Shown: positions 17,584 to 26,904 of the stretch, piece by piece
Layout of the letters: each line of letters starts with the position of its first letter
Position numbering within the stretch: position 1 is the stretch's first letter
Assembly (NCBI GenBank): GCA_963846325.1
Contig: CAWJVO010000002.1
Location: 851 to 64,850 of the forward strand
DNA: 64,000 nt
Direction of reading: 5' to 3'
Source of the DNA: an uncultured bacterium
Lineage (GTDB): Bacteria > Krumholzibacteriota > Krumholzibacteriia > Krumholzibacteriales > Krumholzibacteriaceae
Position numbers and translations under genes: made by a program
The notes under the pieces: model-generated
Databases searched by the model: none
The model's input: the letters and a program-made list of their open reading frames with translations, nothing else
What the model was told of the DNA's origin: nothing

Positions 17584-19655
17584 GCCGCATCTCCCTTGCT
17601 GAAGAACCATCCCGGATACGTGCCCGAGCACAGCATCCCCATCGATTCCATGAGTATCATGATATCCCGCTCCAACGACCACGATTCGAGACCGAGCGCC
17701 TCCTCTTCGAGCGCCAGACGTCTCGATCCGCGCCGGGACAACCTCCATCGGCCCGTTATGCCCGGCCGCACCCGCGCGAGGGCGCCCGCGAACTCGCCCT
17801 CCTGCCCCTCGTACAGGGGCGGCGGCCCGACGAGGCTCAGCCGTCCTCCGATAAGGGCGAGGCAGAGCGCCGGCTTGACGAAATCCCCCGCTTCGCGACC
17901 CGAAGCGCGAAGCGCCCGCGGCCAGGCGAACGTGCGCCCGCCTCGCCCGCTTCGCTCTTCGCTGAAGAACGCCGTCGTGCCTCTCATTCTACCATACAAA
18001 CGGTACGCGAGAAACGCGCATTCGACGAACGGCAGCGCGAGCGCTCCCACGGCGCAATCGGAGAGCCGCTTGATCCCGCGTTCGAAACCGAAGAGAATCC
18101 TCCGTTCCAGCGAGAAAACGGCGAGCCCCGCGAAATCATCGACGCGCACTCCCCGCCCCAGCAGGCGCGCGAGCGGGGAAATCACCCGTATCTGGATGAC
18201 GCGGCGGCGCGAATGGGCGAGGAACGGCAGCAGCGCGCGGTCGTTCTGCCGCGATTGGCAGATGAGAACCTCCTGAATCTTGAACCGCTCGAGAAGATCG
18301 GGCAGCTCCTCCGGCGTGCCGAGCGCTCCCGATCCCTCCCCCACGTAGCCGGCCACGTCGATCCCGAGCTCGGGCTCTCCGGCGAGCCGCTCGGCGAGCT
18401 CGGCCGCCTCATCCTTCGTGCCGACGATGAGGACGCGCTTCAGATCGAATCTCGCCATGACGAGCGCGCGGTGCATCTCGCGTATCACGCGCCTGAAGAA
18501 GGCCACGGCGAATACGGCGATACCCGCCTGCCCGAGCACGACCGCCCGCGAGTAGATCCGGACCCTGCTGATGTAGGTCGCCGCCATGAGCACGACGAGC
18601 CCGAGAAACATCGCGCGCACGACGCGCATGAACTCCTCGGAGAAGGATGTTTCCCGGCTGACGCGATAGAGTCCTCCCGTGACGAGCGCGATGAAGAACA
18701 CGAGGTTGGAAAAGAGGAGGAACGATCCGTACCATCCGATCGGATAGAGGCCGTATTCGAACAGCGGCTGGAGGAGATTTCTCGCGTGGTACGCCGCGAG
18801 AAAACTCAGATTGAGCGCGGCGAGGTCGGAAAGGGCGAGCACCGAGGCCTTGATGGCTCCCCGGTTCCGCCGCACGGCGTAAAAGAACCTGTTCCACTTC
18901 TCGATATAACGCATGAGGCTCAGGATGTGGACGAGAAACGGCTTTCGGAGGACCGATCTCGCGCTCGATCGCTCGTACGTGTGCGTCATCACCGACGAAG
19001 GCGCGTAGTACACCGACCACCCGTGGCGCTTCATCCGGTTGCACCAGTCTATGTCCTCGAAGTAGAGGAAGAAGCGTTCGTCCATGGCCCCGACCTTCTC
19101 GAGAGCGGCGCGCCGCACGAGCATGCAGGCCCCGATGATCCAGTCGACTTTTCGCGGGGTCTCGTGATCGTAATCGAGAAGCAGATGATCCCTGAGCGGT
19201 TTCGCCCGCGGGAAGAGCGCGCCGAGAAACGTTCGGCGCAGCACGAGGGCGCCCAGCGTGTAGAAGGACCGGCACGAATGCTGGAGGCGCCCGTCCGGAT
19301 AGACGAGCTTCGATCCGACGATGCCGGCGTCCGGATGCGAGTCCAGGAACTCCATGAGCCGGTCGATCGAGCCTTCCCGCACGAGAATGTCGGGATTCAG
19401 GATGAGGATCGCGCGGCCGCTCGAGAGCCGTATCCCCTGGTTGACGCCTCCCGAATAGCCGAGGTTCTCGACGTTCGCGAGAACCCGCACGCGCGGAAAG
19501 CGCTTCGCGACCGCTTCGGCCGTTCCGTCGACCGAGGCGTTGTCGACGACGACGATCTCGTACGACCGCCGGGGCTCGTGCGTCTCGATCGAGGCGATGC
19601 ACCGTTCGACGGGCACGCGGCTGTTGTACGTGACGATGACGATCGAGAGATCCAT
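17580..19655 (-). CDS. Fusion protein: N-terminal GT2 glycosyltransferase + WbaP-like membrane/CoA-binding-like region + divergent bacterial sugar-transferase (phosphoglycosyltransferase) domain
   Basis: 691 aa. The GT2 part reads MDLSIVIVTYNSRVPVERCIASI...VVVDNASVDGT...GACMLVRR. About 4 TM helices follow, then LKRVLIVGTKDEAAELAE. The C-terminus has IKRLSDCAVGALAL...LSLVGPPP...RPGITGRW but lacks KFRTM and DELPQ. Confidence 0.7.
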   Translation of the reverse strand: MDLSIVIVTYNSRVPVERCIASIETHEPRRSYEIVVVDNASVDGTAEAVAKRFPRVRVLANVENLGYSGGVNQGIRLSSGRAILILNPDILVREGSIDRLMEFLDSHPDAGIVGSKLVYPDGRLQHSCRSFYTLGALVLRRTFLGALFPRAKPLRDHLLLDYDHETPRKVDWIIGACMLVRRAALEKVGAMDERFFLYFEDIDWCNRMKRHGWSVYYAPSSVMTHTYERSSARSVLRKPFLVHILSLMRYIEKWNRFFYAVRRNRGAIKASVLALSDLAALNLSFLAAYHARNLLQPLFEYGLYPIGWYGSFLLFSNLVFFIALVTGGLYRVSRETSFSEEFMRVVRAMFLGLVVLMAATYISRVRIYSRAVVLGQAGIAVFAVAFFRRVIREMHRALVMARFDLKRVLIVGTKDEAAELAERLAGEPELGIDVAGYVGEGSGALGTPEELPDLLERFKIQEVLICQSRQNDRALLPFLAHSRRRVIQIRVISPLARLLGRGVRVDDFAGLAVFSLERRILFGFERGIKRLSDCAVGALALPFVECAFLAYRLYGRMRGTTAFFSEERSGRGGRTFAWPRALRASGREAGDFVKPALCLALIGGRLSLVGPPPLYEGQEGEFAGALARVRPGITGRWRLSRRGSRRLALEEEALGLESWSLERDIMILMESMGMLCSGTYPGWFFSKGDAA

Positions 19656-19674
19656 TGCTATTCCCCCGGAGGCG

Positions 19675-20394
19675 TCACGAACGCCACCGCCGCGGGTTCA
19701 TGAAGCGCAGCCGCCAGATCATGAACGCCGCTTCCCTGACGATCTTCTTCGACATCTTCGAGGTTCCCACGCGCCGGTCGACGAAGAGAATCGGTATCTC
19801 CGCGATCCGGAATCCCTTCTTCCAGCAGAAGAAATTCACTTCGATCTGAAAGGAGTACCCGTCGCTCCTGATCCTGTCGAGCGGGAGCGCCTCAAGAACC
19901 TCGCGCCTGAAACACTTGAATCCGCCCGTCGCGTCCTTGATGGGAAGGCCGGTGACGATATGCGTGTATTTGTTCGCGGCGTAGCTCAGGATGAGCCGCT
20001 CGAGCGGCCAGTTCACGACGGATATCCCCCGGATGTACCGCGAGCCGATCACGAGATCGTTCGACGCGATCGCGTCGAGGAACTGGGGGATGGCGTTCGG
20101 GTCGTGCGAAAAGTCGGCGTCCATCTCGAACACGTGCTTCGCGCCGGTGTTCGCGAGCGCCCATTTGAAGCCGGTGATGTACGCGGACCCGAGCCCGAGC
20201 TTGCCCGGCCGGTGGATCACGTGCAGGCGGGGATCGAGGGCGGCCATCGAGTCGACGATCGCTCCCGTGCCGTCCGGCGAATTGTCGTCGATGACGAGCA
20301 TCTCGATGCCTCGCCCGAGCTTGAGTACGGCGCCGACTATCTCGGCGATATTCTCTTTCTCGTTGTAGGTCGGCATGATGACGAGAGTTTCCAC
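19675..20394 (-). CDS. Polyprenol-monophosphomannose synthase (Dpm1/Ppm1-like GT2)
   Basis: 239 aa. Motifs include METLVIMPTYNEKENI, MLVIDDNSPDGTG, GKLGLGSAYITGF and FEMDADFSHDP. The layout is typical of the dolichyl/polyprenyl-phosphate mannosyltransferase family. Confidence 0.85.
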   Translation of the reverse strand: METLVIMPTYNEKENIAEIVGAVLKLGRGIEMLVIDDNSPDGTGAIVDSMAALDPRLHVIHRPGKLGLGSAYITGFKWALANTGAKHVFEMDADFSHDPNAIPQFLDAIASNDLVIGSRYIRGISVVNWPLERLILSYAANKYTHIVTGLPIKDATGGFKCFRREVLEALPLDRIRSDGYSFQIEVNFFCWKKGFRIAEIPILFVDRRVGTSKMSKKIVREAAFMIWRLRFMNPRRWRS

Positions 20395-20398
20395 GCGC

Positions 20399-22867
20399 TC
20401 ACCTTTTTCCTTTTGCGTACATGACGCCTCCGACGGCGGGGATCAGGACGGCGGCCGCGAAGCTCGCGATCGAGACGATCAGCGACAGGCGGAGCGCCCG
20501 CGAGGAGAAACGCATCCGTATCTCGTGATCGCCCGGAGCGAGCGGCACCGCGCGCAGGCAATAGTTCGCCGTGAGAATCCGCGTTTCCGCGCCGTCCACG
20601 TCCGCGCGCCAGTCGGGATAGTCGATCTCGCTCACGACGAGGATGCACGGCTTTTCGACGTGCGCCGCGATCGAGATCGCGTTGAGCCCGTACTCCGTGA
20701 TCCGCGCGCTCGAACCGGCGGAGGATTCCGGCCGGATCGCGGGCTCCTCGTTCAGGATCACTTCCCGCGACGGATCGAAATCGGGCGCGCGAAGCGCGGC
20801 GAGCGCCTCCGGCTTCGAAAGCACGCGAAACGTGTCGACGCAGAAAACGCGCGGAAGTGCTCCCGGATTCTCGTACACGTACGCGTCGCCGGACTGCAGC
20901 ACGAGCGGGAACCCCGCGCCTTCGCGGAAGAGCGGATAGAGAGAGAGGAAATACTTCGCGTTCAGCATATCGAGAATCGCCGCCGGGTACGCGCCCTCGT
21001 TGAAGGCCGCGAACATCGCGTTCATGACGTCCTGGTAATTCTTGAGCTTCGCGGCGTGATACCCGCCGAGCGAGTAGATGCCGAAGGACATGAACTCGTT
21101 CTTGCTGAAGTACGGCGAGCTGTACGCCCACTGCCCGAGCTTGGCCGCGGGGACCGGAAAGACGCGGAAGAACGTCGTATCGGCCGCGAGGAAGTTCGTC
21201 GCCGCGTTGGGTCGCGCGAGCTCCTCGCGCGCGCTCGCGTCCGCGACGATCGCCTGCGAACCGGGCCAGCCTTTCTCCGGATGGAGAATATTTCCGTTCT
21301 CCATGAAGAGATCGACGACGGCGACGACCGCGATCGCGAGAACGACCGTATTCGCCGGCACCCGGCGCGATACCGCGAGAAACGCGACGAGGCACGCGAC
21401 GAGGGCGACGCCGAGCGTCTTCATCAGGTTCGCGGCGAACGCGGACGAGGCGAGATCGAGAGCGCCCGCCGGAATCCTCGCCGCGATCGCCGGATTCCCG
21501 GCGACGCCGCCCCTGATGCCGCCGCCCGCGATGACGGCGAGAAAGAGCGCGATCGCCGCGCCCGCGACGATCCATTTCATCCGCGCGGGAACGAGCCAGC
21601 GCGGCAGCAGCTTCCCGTCGCGGCGCTTCAGAAACTCCTCGACGCCGATCGCCATGAGCGCGACGGCGGCGAGCTGCTGGACGATGAGCGCCATGACGGG
21701 AACCCGGAATTTGTTGAAATAGGGAAGCCATTTGAACATCGGTCCGTAGAGAATCGGGAAAAACTTGCCGAAACTGAGGACGGTCGCGAAAACGATCGCC
21801 GCGACGAGAAACCATTTCCTGCCGTCCCGCGCGTACCCGAAAGCGAAAAGGCCGAAGGCGACGGTGACGACGCCGAGATAGTTCGGGTAGTTGGTGAATG
21901 GCATCTCTCCCCAGTAGGTCGGCGCGCCGTATCCGAAGGCCCACGGGAAGACGAAAGTGAGCATCTCTTTCGGGTGGAGGCTCCAGTTCGTCGCGTACCC
22001 GTAGTCGAGCCCTCCGGCGCCGCTCCCGCCCCTGATCGAGTACGCCGCGTACTGCCGCACGGGGATGATGAGCACCGCGGCGATTCCCACGGCGAGAATC
22101 ACCGCCCCGGCGAGAAACGCGAGGCTCTTCGCGGCCGAGCGCGCCTGCCCCGCGCGGAGGAGGCGAATCGATTCAAAGAGAACCAGAAGGCCGATGAGAA
22201 GATAGGTGTAATAGGCGATCTGCACGTGGCCGCGCAGCATCTGAAACCCGAGAACGACGGCGAGCATGCCCGCCGCCGCGAGGCGGCGGTGCCCTCGGAG
22301 AATCCGCCACGAGAGGAGCAGCGCGTACGGCATGTACGCGATCGACGCCGCCTGCGAGCCGTGGCCGTACGCGCCGATGGCGACGAAATTCGGCAGGATC
22401 ATGAAGGTGACGCCGGCGAGCATCGATACCGAAGAGCGGACGCCGAGCGAGCGGGCGAGAAGATAGACCCCCGCGCCGGCGAGGAGATAGTGAAACAGGA
22501 GCCAGGTCATTTCGGGAAAATGGAGGTATCGCTGCAGCACGAACGTGATGAACGCGGGAGGATACACGTACGGCGCGAAGGAGAGGCTCGCATAGCTCGG
22601 CATCCCGCAGAAGAGGTACGGATTCCAGAGAGGATACGTGCCGTCCCGGAGCGCCCTCTCCCCCACGGCGGCGAAATTCATGGGGGCCTGGGAATCGGGG
22701 ACGAAAAAGATCTTGTTCCGGAATACGACGTCCCCCATGAGCGCGCAGAGAACGACGGCGAGAATCGCGGCGAGCGCGAGGCCGCGCTTCCAGGAGGGTC
22801 CGGTCTCGAGGCGTTCGAGAAATCCGATGCCTGGAGCGCGCGCCGGCGAGGGTGATTCCTTTTTCAA
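20399..22867 (-). CDS. YfhO-family polytopic membrane glycosyltransferase (GT-C-like)
   Basis: Lies in the frame of ORF 20399..22921. TTG 22865-22867 lies 6 nt after GGAGG. The conserved YfhO-like N-terminal region is present (YPLWNPYLFCGMPSYASLSFAPYVYP...LLFHYLLAGAGVYLLARSLG). There are many TM helices and a soluble C-terminal domain with a final TM. Confidence 0.7.
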   Translation of the reverse strand: MKKESPSPARAPGIGFLERLETGPSWKRGLALAAILAVVLCALMGDVVFRNKIFFVPDSQAPMNFAAVGERALRDGTYPLWNPYLFCGMPSYASLSFAPYVYPPAFITFVLQRYLHFPEMTWLLFHYLLAGAGVYLLARSLGVRSSVSMLAGVTFMILPNFVAIGAYGHGSQAASIAYMPYALLLSWRILRGHRRLAAAGMLAVVLGFQMLRGHVQIAYYTYLLIGLLVLFESIRLLRAGQARSAAKSLAFLAGAVILAVGIAAVLIIPVRQYAAYSIRGGSGAGGLDYGYATNWSLHPKEMLTFVFPWAFGYGAPTYWGEMPFTNYPNYLGVVTVAFGLFAFGYARDGRKWFLVAAIVFATVLSFGKFFPILYGPMFKWLPYFNKFRVPVMALIVQQLAAVALMAIGVEEFLKRRDGKLLPRWLVPARMKWIVAGAAIALFLAVIAGGGIRGGVAGNPAIAARIPAGALDLASSAFAANLMKTLGVALVACLVAFLAVSRRVPANTVVLAIAVVAVVDLFMENGNILHPEKGWPGSQAIVADASAREELARPNAATNFLAADTTFFRVFPVPAAKLGQWAYSSPYFSKNEFMSFGIYSLGGYHAAKLKNYQDVMNAMFAAFNEGAYPAAILDMLNAKYFLSLYPLFREGAGFPLVLQSGDAYVYENPGALPRVFCVDTFRVLSKPEALAALRAPDFDPSREVILNEEPAIRPESSAGSSARITEYGLNAISIAAHVEKPCILVVSEIDYPDWRADVDGAETRILTANYCLRAVPLAPGDHEIRMRFSSRALRLSLIVSIASFAAAVLIPAVGGVMYAKGKR

Positions 22868-22948
22868 CCGAAACCTCCGTCGGGTTATTCTAAGTCTACC
22901 AAATTTCGGCCGTACGAGCAAAGCCTTTGCATTGCTGATCTTAAATGC

Positions 22949-23845
22949 TCATGCTCCGCGGAGCGCCCGCCCCGCCCCCCGCGCGGCGCCTCGCAGAAGA
23001 CCGAAGCGGCCGCCCAGCAGCAGCGCGGCCGCGAGGAGAACGAAGAGCGCCCCCTGCGGGAGAACCATGAGCGTTCTCCACCAGAGCGGTTTGTATCGCC
23101 TGAAGAGCCTGTACGTGCTCGCGATCCTGTTCTCGAGCTTGAACGGCGTCATGCCGCCTCCGCTCGAGTAGCTCACCTTGTGCCGTACGAGCGCGCGCGG
23201 CTCGTAGAGGCATTTCCATCCCGCGCGCCGCGCCCTGAGACAAAAATCGACGTCCTCGCAGTAGATCCGGTACGACGGATCGAGGAGACCGACGGCGTCG
23301 ACGACCTCCCGCTTCACGAGCATCGCGCAGCCCGAAACCCAGAGCGTCTCTCCCCCGCGCTCGGGAAAGGAACCGTCGATCCTTCGAATATGCTCGTGCT
23401 TCGGAATTCCGAGGATCGGAACGAAGCCGCCCCCGCCGTACCATATCCGCTTCGGATCGTCGTCATAGACGATCTTCGGGCCGACGATTCCGGCCGACGG
23501 GTCGCGATCGAGCGCTTCGAGCATCCGCGCGGCGAAAGCCGGGTCGACCTCGGTGTCGTTGTTGAGCAGAAGGAAGAGCGAGCCGCCGCGCTCGATCGCG
23601 CGCCGGATCCCCACGTTGTTCCCCTCCGCGAAAAGCAGGTTGCGCCCGTTCACGACGAGCTCGGCCCCCGGCGCCTCGCGGCGCGCGATCTCCGCCGAGC
23701 CGTCGCTCGAGGCGTTGTCGACGACGATGATCTCGAGGGGCGGCTCCGTTACCCGCATGAGGGAAGCGAGACACGGCCCGAGGACGCCCCTGCCGTTCCA
23801 GTTGAGCACGATCGCGTACACGGTGCGACCCATCGGCACGCTCAT
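22949..23845 (-). CDS. Glycosyltransferase family 2
   Basis: Lies in the frame of ORF 22949..23899. ATG 23843-23845 overlaps the upstream stop (ATGA). Motifs include YAIVLNWNGRGVLGPCLASL, IIVVDNASSDGS, LLLNNDTEVDP and VSGCAMLVKREV. Confidence 0.8.
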   Translation of the reverse strand: MSVPMGRTVYAIVLNWNGRGVLGPCLASLMRVTEPPLEIIVVDNASSDGSAEIARREAPGAELVVNGRNLLFAEGNNVGIRRAIERGGSLFLLLNNDTEVDPAFAARMLEALDRDPSAGIVGPKIVYDDDPKRIWYGGGGFVPILGIPKHEHIRRIDGSFPERGGETLWVSGCAMLVKREVVDAVGLLDPSYRIYCEDVDFCLRARRAGWKCLYEPRALVRHKVSYSSGGGMTPFKLENRIASTYRLFRRYKPLWWRTLMVLPQGALFVLLAAALLLGGRFGLLRGAARGAGRALRGA

Positions 23846-24999
23846 TTCCTTTCGATGAGCCGCGCGAGCCCGTCGATCGCCTCGGCCATCGCCTTCCACG
23901 AGAACCGCTTCTTCTCCTCATCGAACCAGGGCGCCATCTTCGCGGCCCACCCCTCCTCGAAGAACCGGACGACCGCCCGGGCGAGGGCGGCCGCATCCCG
24001 CGGCGGCACGACGAAACCGGTTTTTCCTTCGGAGACGGCCTCGCTCAGCCCGCCGACGTTCGTCACGACGACGGGACGATTCGCGGCGACGGCGATCTGC
24101 ACGATGCCGCTCTGCGTCGCCGAGACGTAGGGGAGTATCACGAGATCGCTCGCGGCGAAGAAGGCCTCGACCTCTTCGTTCGCGACGTACCGATTCTCGA
24201 AGCGAACCGCGTCGGCGAGCCCGAGCCGCGCGACGAGCTCCGTGTACGGCGCCGTGTCGTCGTAGAATTCGCCGACGACGAGGAGCTTCGCCGGCACCTT
24301 CTCGCGGATGAGCGGCATCGCCTCGATGAGATACGAGAGCCCCTTGTAGCCGCGGACATAGCCGAAGAACAGCAGCAGCGGGCCGGCGGACGATCCGATC
24401 TTCGCCCGCGCCGCTTCCCTCGTCAAACGGCCCGTGCAGAAGAAATCGTAGATCGGATGCGGATGCACGATCACGGGGACGTTTCTGCGGATGCGGAGCA
24501 GCTTGTCCCGGTCCTCCCGCGACTGGACGAAGAAGCCGTCGGAGACGGAGAAAGCGAGAGCGGCGAGGAAGCGGTCGACGATCGACTTCTCGTGCGGGAG
24601 CACGTTGTGGCAGATGAAGACGACTTTCGCGCGGCGCATGAGCTTCACCACGGCGCATATCGTGAAGAACGCGGGGGCGAAGAACGGATGCCACCACTGG
24701 ACGAGGACGAGGTCGGGCTTGCCGCGCGCCGCGGCCGCGCCCGCCCTGATCCAGGTGAGGGGGTTGATCGAATCGATGAGGCGCGCCGAGTCGGCCGAGA
24801 GCGGCCGCGCGCTCTCGTCGAACTGCGTCCTGCCGGGAAAGAGAAAGCCGGGATAGAGCCGCGTGAAATTGATCGCGCGCACGTCGCCCGCCGCCGCGAG
24901 CTCCCCGATGAGGCAGGTGTTGTAATGCGATATGCCGCCCCGGTAGGGATAGGTCGGGCCGATGAGACAGAACCGGCGCTTCTCGTTTTCCCTAGTCAT
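23842..24999 (-). CDS. Glycosyltransferase family 4 (GT-B)
   Basis: 385 aa. The N-terminus reads RFCLIGPTYPYRGGISHYNT. The C-terminal GT4 signature is present (VILPYVSATQSGIVQIAVAANRPVVVTNVGGLSEAVSEGKTGFVVPP). Confidence 0.8.
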   Translation of the reverse strand: MTRENEKRRFCLIGPTYPYRGGISHYNTCLIGELAAAGDVRAINFTRLYPGFLFPGRTQFDESARPLSADSARLIDSINPLTWIRAGAAAARGKPDLVLVQWWHPFFAPAFFTICAVVKLMRRAKVVFICHNVLPHEKSIVDRFLAALAFSVSDGFFVQSREDRDKLLRIRRNVPVIVHPHPIYDFFCTGRLTREAARAKIGSSAGPLLLFFGYVRGYKGLSYLIEAMPLIREKVPAKLLVVGEFYDDTAPYTELVARLGLADAVRFENRYVANEEVEAFFAASDLVILPYVSATQSGIVQIAVAANRPVVVTNVGGLSEAVSEGKTGFVVPPRDAAALARAVVRFFEEGWAAKMAPWFDEEKKRFSWKAMAEAIDGLARLIERK

Positions 25000-25933
25000 C
25001 GATCCGGTACTCGCGATAGGCGAAGGTCCTCTCGGCCTTCGCCGTGAAAAGCTCCGCGAGGAGACCGAACGATCCGATCTGGATCGCGATCACGATCATG
25101 ACGAGGCCTCCCACCATGAGGGGTCTCACGTGCAGGCCTCTCCCGAAAGCCCAGAGCATCATGAAGTAGAGCGTGATGAGACCGCCGACCGCGAAGAAGG
25201 CGAAGGCGACGCGGCCGAAGAAATGGAGCGGAGACGTCGAGCGGCGGGTGAGGAACATGACGGTCGCCAGATCGAACATCCCGTTGAGAAAGCGCGCCGC
25301 GCCGAACTTGCTGCGCCCGTATTTCCGTTCGAAATGCGTCACCTTCTTTTCCGTGACCCGGAAGCCTTCCCAGCCGGCGATGACCGGGATGAACCGGTGG
25401 AGCTCGCCGTAGACCGATATCCGCTTCACGACCTCCCCGCGGTAGCATTTGAGCCCGCAGTTGAAGTCGTGGATCCTGATTCCGCTCACGATCGCGGTCG
25501 TGAGGTTGAAAAGCCTCGAGGGGAGCGTCTTCGTGATCGGGTCCTTGCGCTCCATTTTCCATCCCGAGACGAGATCGTAGCCTTCGTCGAGCCTGGCGAC
25601 GAGCTCGGGGATTTCCTCCGGATTGTCCTGCAGATCGGCGTCGATCGTGACGACGACGTCTCCCCGCGTCACCTTGAATCCTTCCGAGAGCGCGGCCGAT
25701 TTGCCGTAGTTGCGCTTGAAGGAAATGATCTTCACCCGCGTGTCCCTTCCGCGGAGCTCGCGGAGGACTTCGATGGATCCGTCCGTCGAGCCGTCGTCGA
25801 CGAAGACGAGCTCGTGCGCGGCGAACGTGCGCTCCATGACGGACGTGAGCTGCCGGTAGAGCTCCGGCAGGCTGGCCTCTTCGTTGTAGAGCGGAATGAC
25901 GACCGAGCCGATGCGCCTCGTTTTCTCGCTCAT
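24992..25933 (-). CDS. Polyprenyl-phosphate glycosyltransferase (GtrB/ArnC/CsbB-like GT2 with two C-terminal TM helices)
   Basis: This is the lower part of ORF 24992..27055. ATG 25931-25933 overlaps the upstream stop (ATGA). Motifs include VVIPLYNEEASLPELY, VFVDDGSTDGS, VTIDADLQDNPEEIP and FNCGLKCYR. The C-terminal hydrophobic pair is typical of this family. Confidence 0.85.
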   Translation of the reverse strand: MSEKTRRIGSVVIPLYNEEASLPELYRQLTSVMERTFAAHELVFVDDGSTDGSIEVLRELRGRDTRVKIISFKRNYGKSAALSEGFKVTRGDVVVTIDADLQDNPEEIPELVARLDEGYDLVSGWKMERKDPITKTLPSRLFNLTTAIVSGIRIHDFNCGLKCYRGEVVKRISVYGELHRFIPVIAGWEGFRVTEKKVTHFERKYGRSKFGAARFLNGMFDLATVMFLTRRSTSPLHFFGRVAFAFFAVGGLITLYFMMLWAFGRGLHVRPLMVGGLVMIVIAIQIGSFGLLAELFTAKAERTFAYREYRIDD

Positions 25934-26904
25934 GAGGATGGTCCCTTCCCTTCGTCTGATCGGATGTGCTTCCGGTACCATGCGATTTCGTTTCGAATTC
26001 CCTCTTCGAGTCCCACGCGCGGCTCGAAGCCGAGCTCGTTCTTCGCCCGCGCCGTATCCGCCCAGGTATCGGTCACGTCCCCCTTCGCGCGGCCGACGAA
26101 CCGGATATCGAGCCGGCCGCCCAGCTCCCGCCCGAGGACGTCGAGAACGTCGAGGAGCGCCACGCGGCTCCCCCCTCCGATATTGAACACCGTGAGCGGT
26201 CCGTCGTATCGAAAGGCGCGGATGTTGGCGTCCACGGCGTCCGCGACGTACGTGAAGTCGCGCGTCTGCCGGCCGTCGCCGTACACGTCGATCGGACGGC
26301 CCGCGAACGACGCGTTGATGAAGAGGCTGAAGGCCATATCGGGCCTCTGCCGCGGCCCGTAGACGGTGAAATACCGGAGGGCCCGGTAGGTGATTCCGTA
26401 ATTGAGGCGGTAGAGCTCGCAGAGATGCTCTCCCGAGAGCTTCGTCGCCCCGTAGGGACTCAGGGGGACCGTCGGGTGATCCTCGCGCATCGGGAGCGTG
26501 CGCGTCTCGCCGTACACGGAGCTTGAGCTCGAATGGATGAGCGGAACCGAGGGATTGTCCTTGAGCGCCTCGAGGAGACGCTGCGTCGCGACGACGTTCG
26601 ATTCGATGTACGTCGCGAACTCCTTCCCCCAGCTCTTTCGCACGCCCGCCTGGGCGGCGAGGTGAAACACGCAGCGGGCGCCGTCGACGAGCCGGGCGAC
26701 GTCGCACGTCGCGAGATTCTCCTCGACGAGGGTGAACCCCGGTCTCCCGGCGCACGAGGCGAGATGGCGCCGTTTTCTCTCCGGGCTGTAGTAATCGGTG
26801 AACGCGTCGACGGCGAGGACCGCGAACCCTTCGTCGAGCAGGCGCTCGCAGAGATGGGAGCCGATGAACCCCGCGGCTCCCGTCACGACGGCCTTTTCCT
26901 TCAC
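25930..26904 (-). CDS. NAD-dependent nucleotide-sugar epimerase/dehydratase (extended SDR)
   Basis: Lies in the frame of ORF 25930..27027. GTG 26902-26904 overlaps the upstream stop (GTGA). It has the Rossmann motif VVTGAAGFIGSHL and the catalytic motif SPYGATKLSGE (YxxxK). Confidence 0.85.
   Translation of the reverse strand: MKEKAVVTGAAGFIGSHLCERLLDEGFAVLAVDAFTDYYSPERKRRHLASCAGRPGFTLVEENLATCDVARLVDGARCVFHLAAQAGVRKSWGKEFATYIESNVVATQRLLEALKDNPSVPLIHSSSSSVYGETRTLPMREDHPTVPLSPYGATKLSGEHLCELYRLNYGITYRALRYFTVYGPRQRPDMAFSLFINASFAGRPIDVYGDGRQTRDFTYVADAVDANIRAFRYDGPLTVFNIGGGSRVALLDVLDVLGRELGGRLDIRFVGRAKGDVTDTWADTARAKNELGFEPRVGLEEGIRNEIAWYRKHIRSDEGKGPSS

Noticed and set aside
22868-22948. An 81-nt lower-GC gap inside the glycosylation cluster with a GCAAAGGCTTTGC palindrome, considered as a regulator binding site or terminator.
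   Set aside because: The palindrome has essentially no loop and no U-tract, so a terminator is unlikely. The promoter-like motif there is weak. I mention it only under the promoter-pattern finding.
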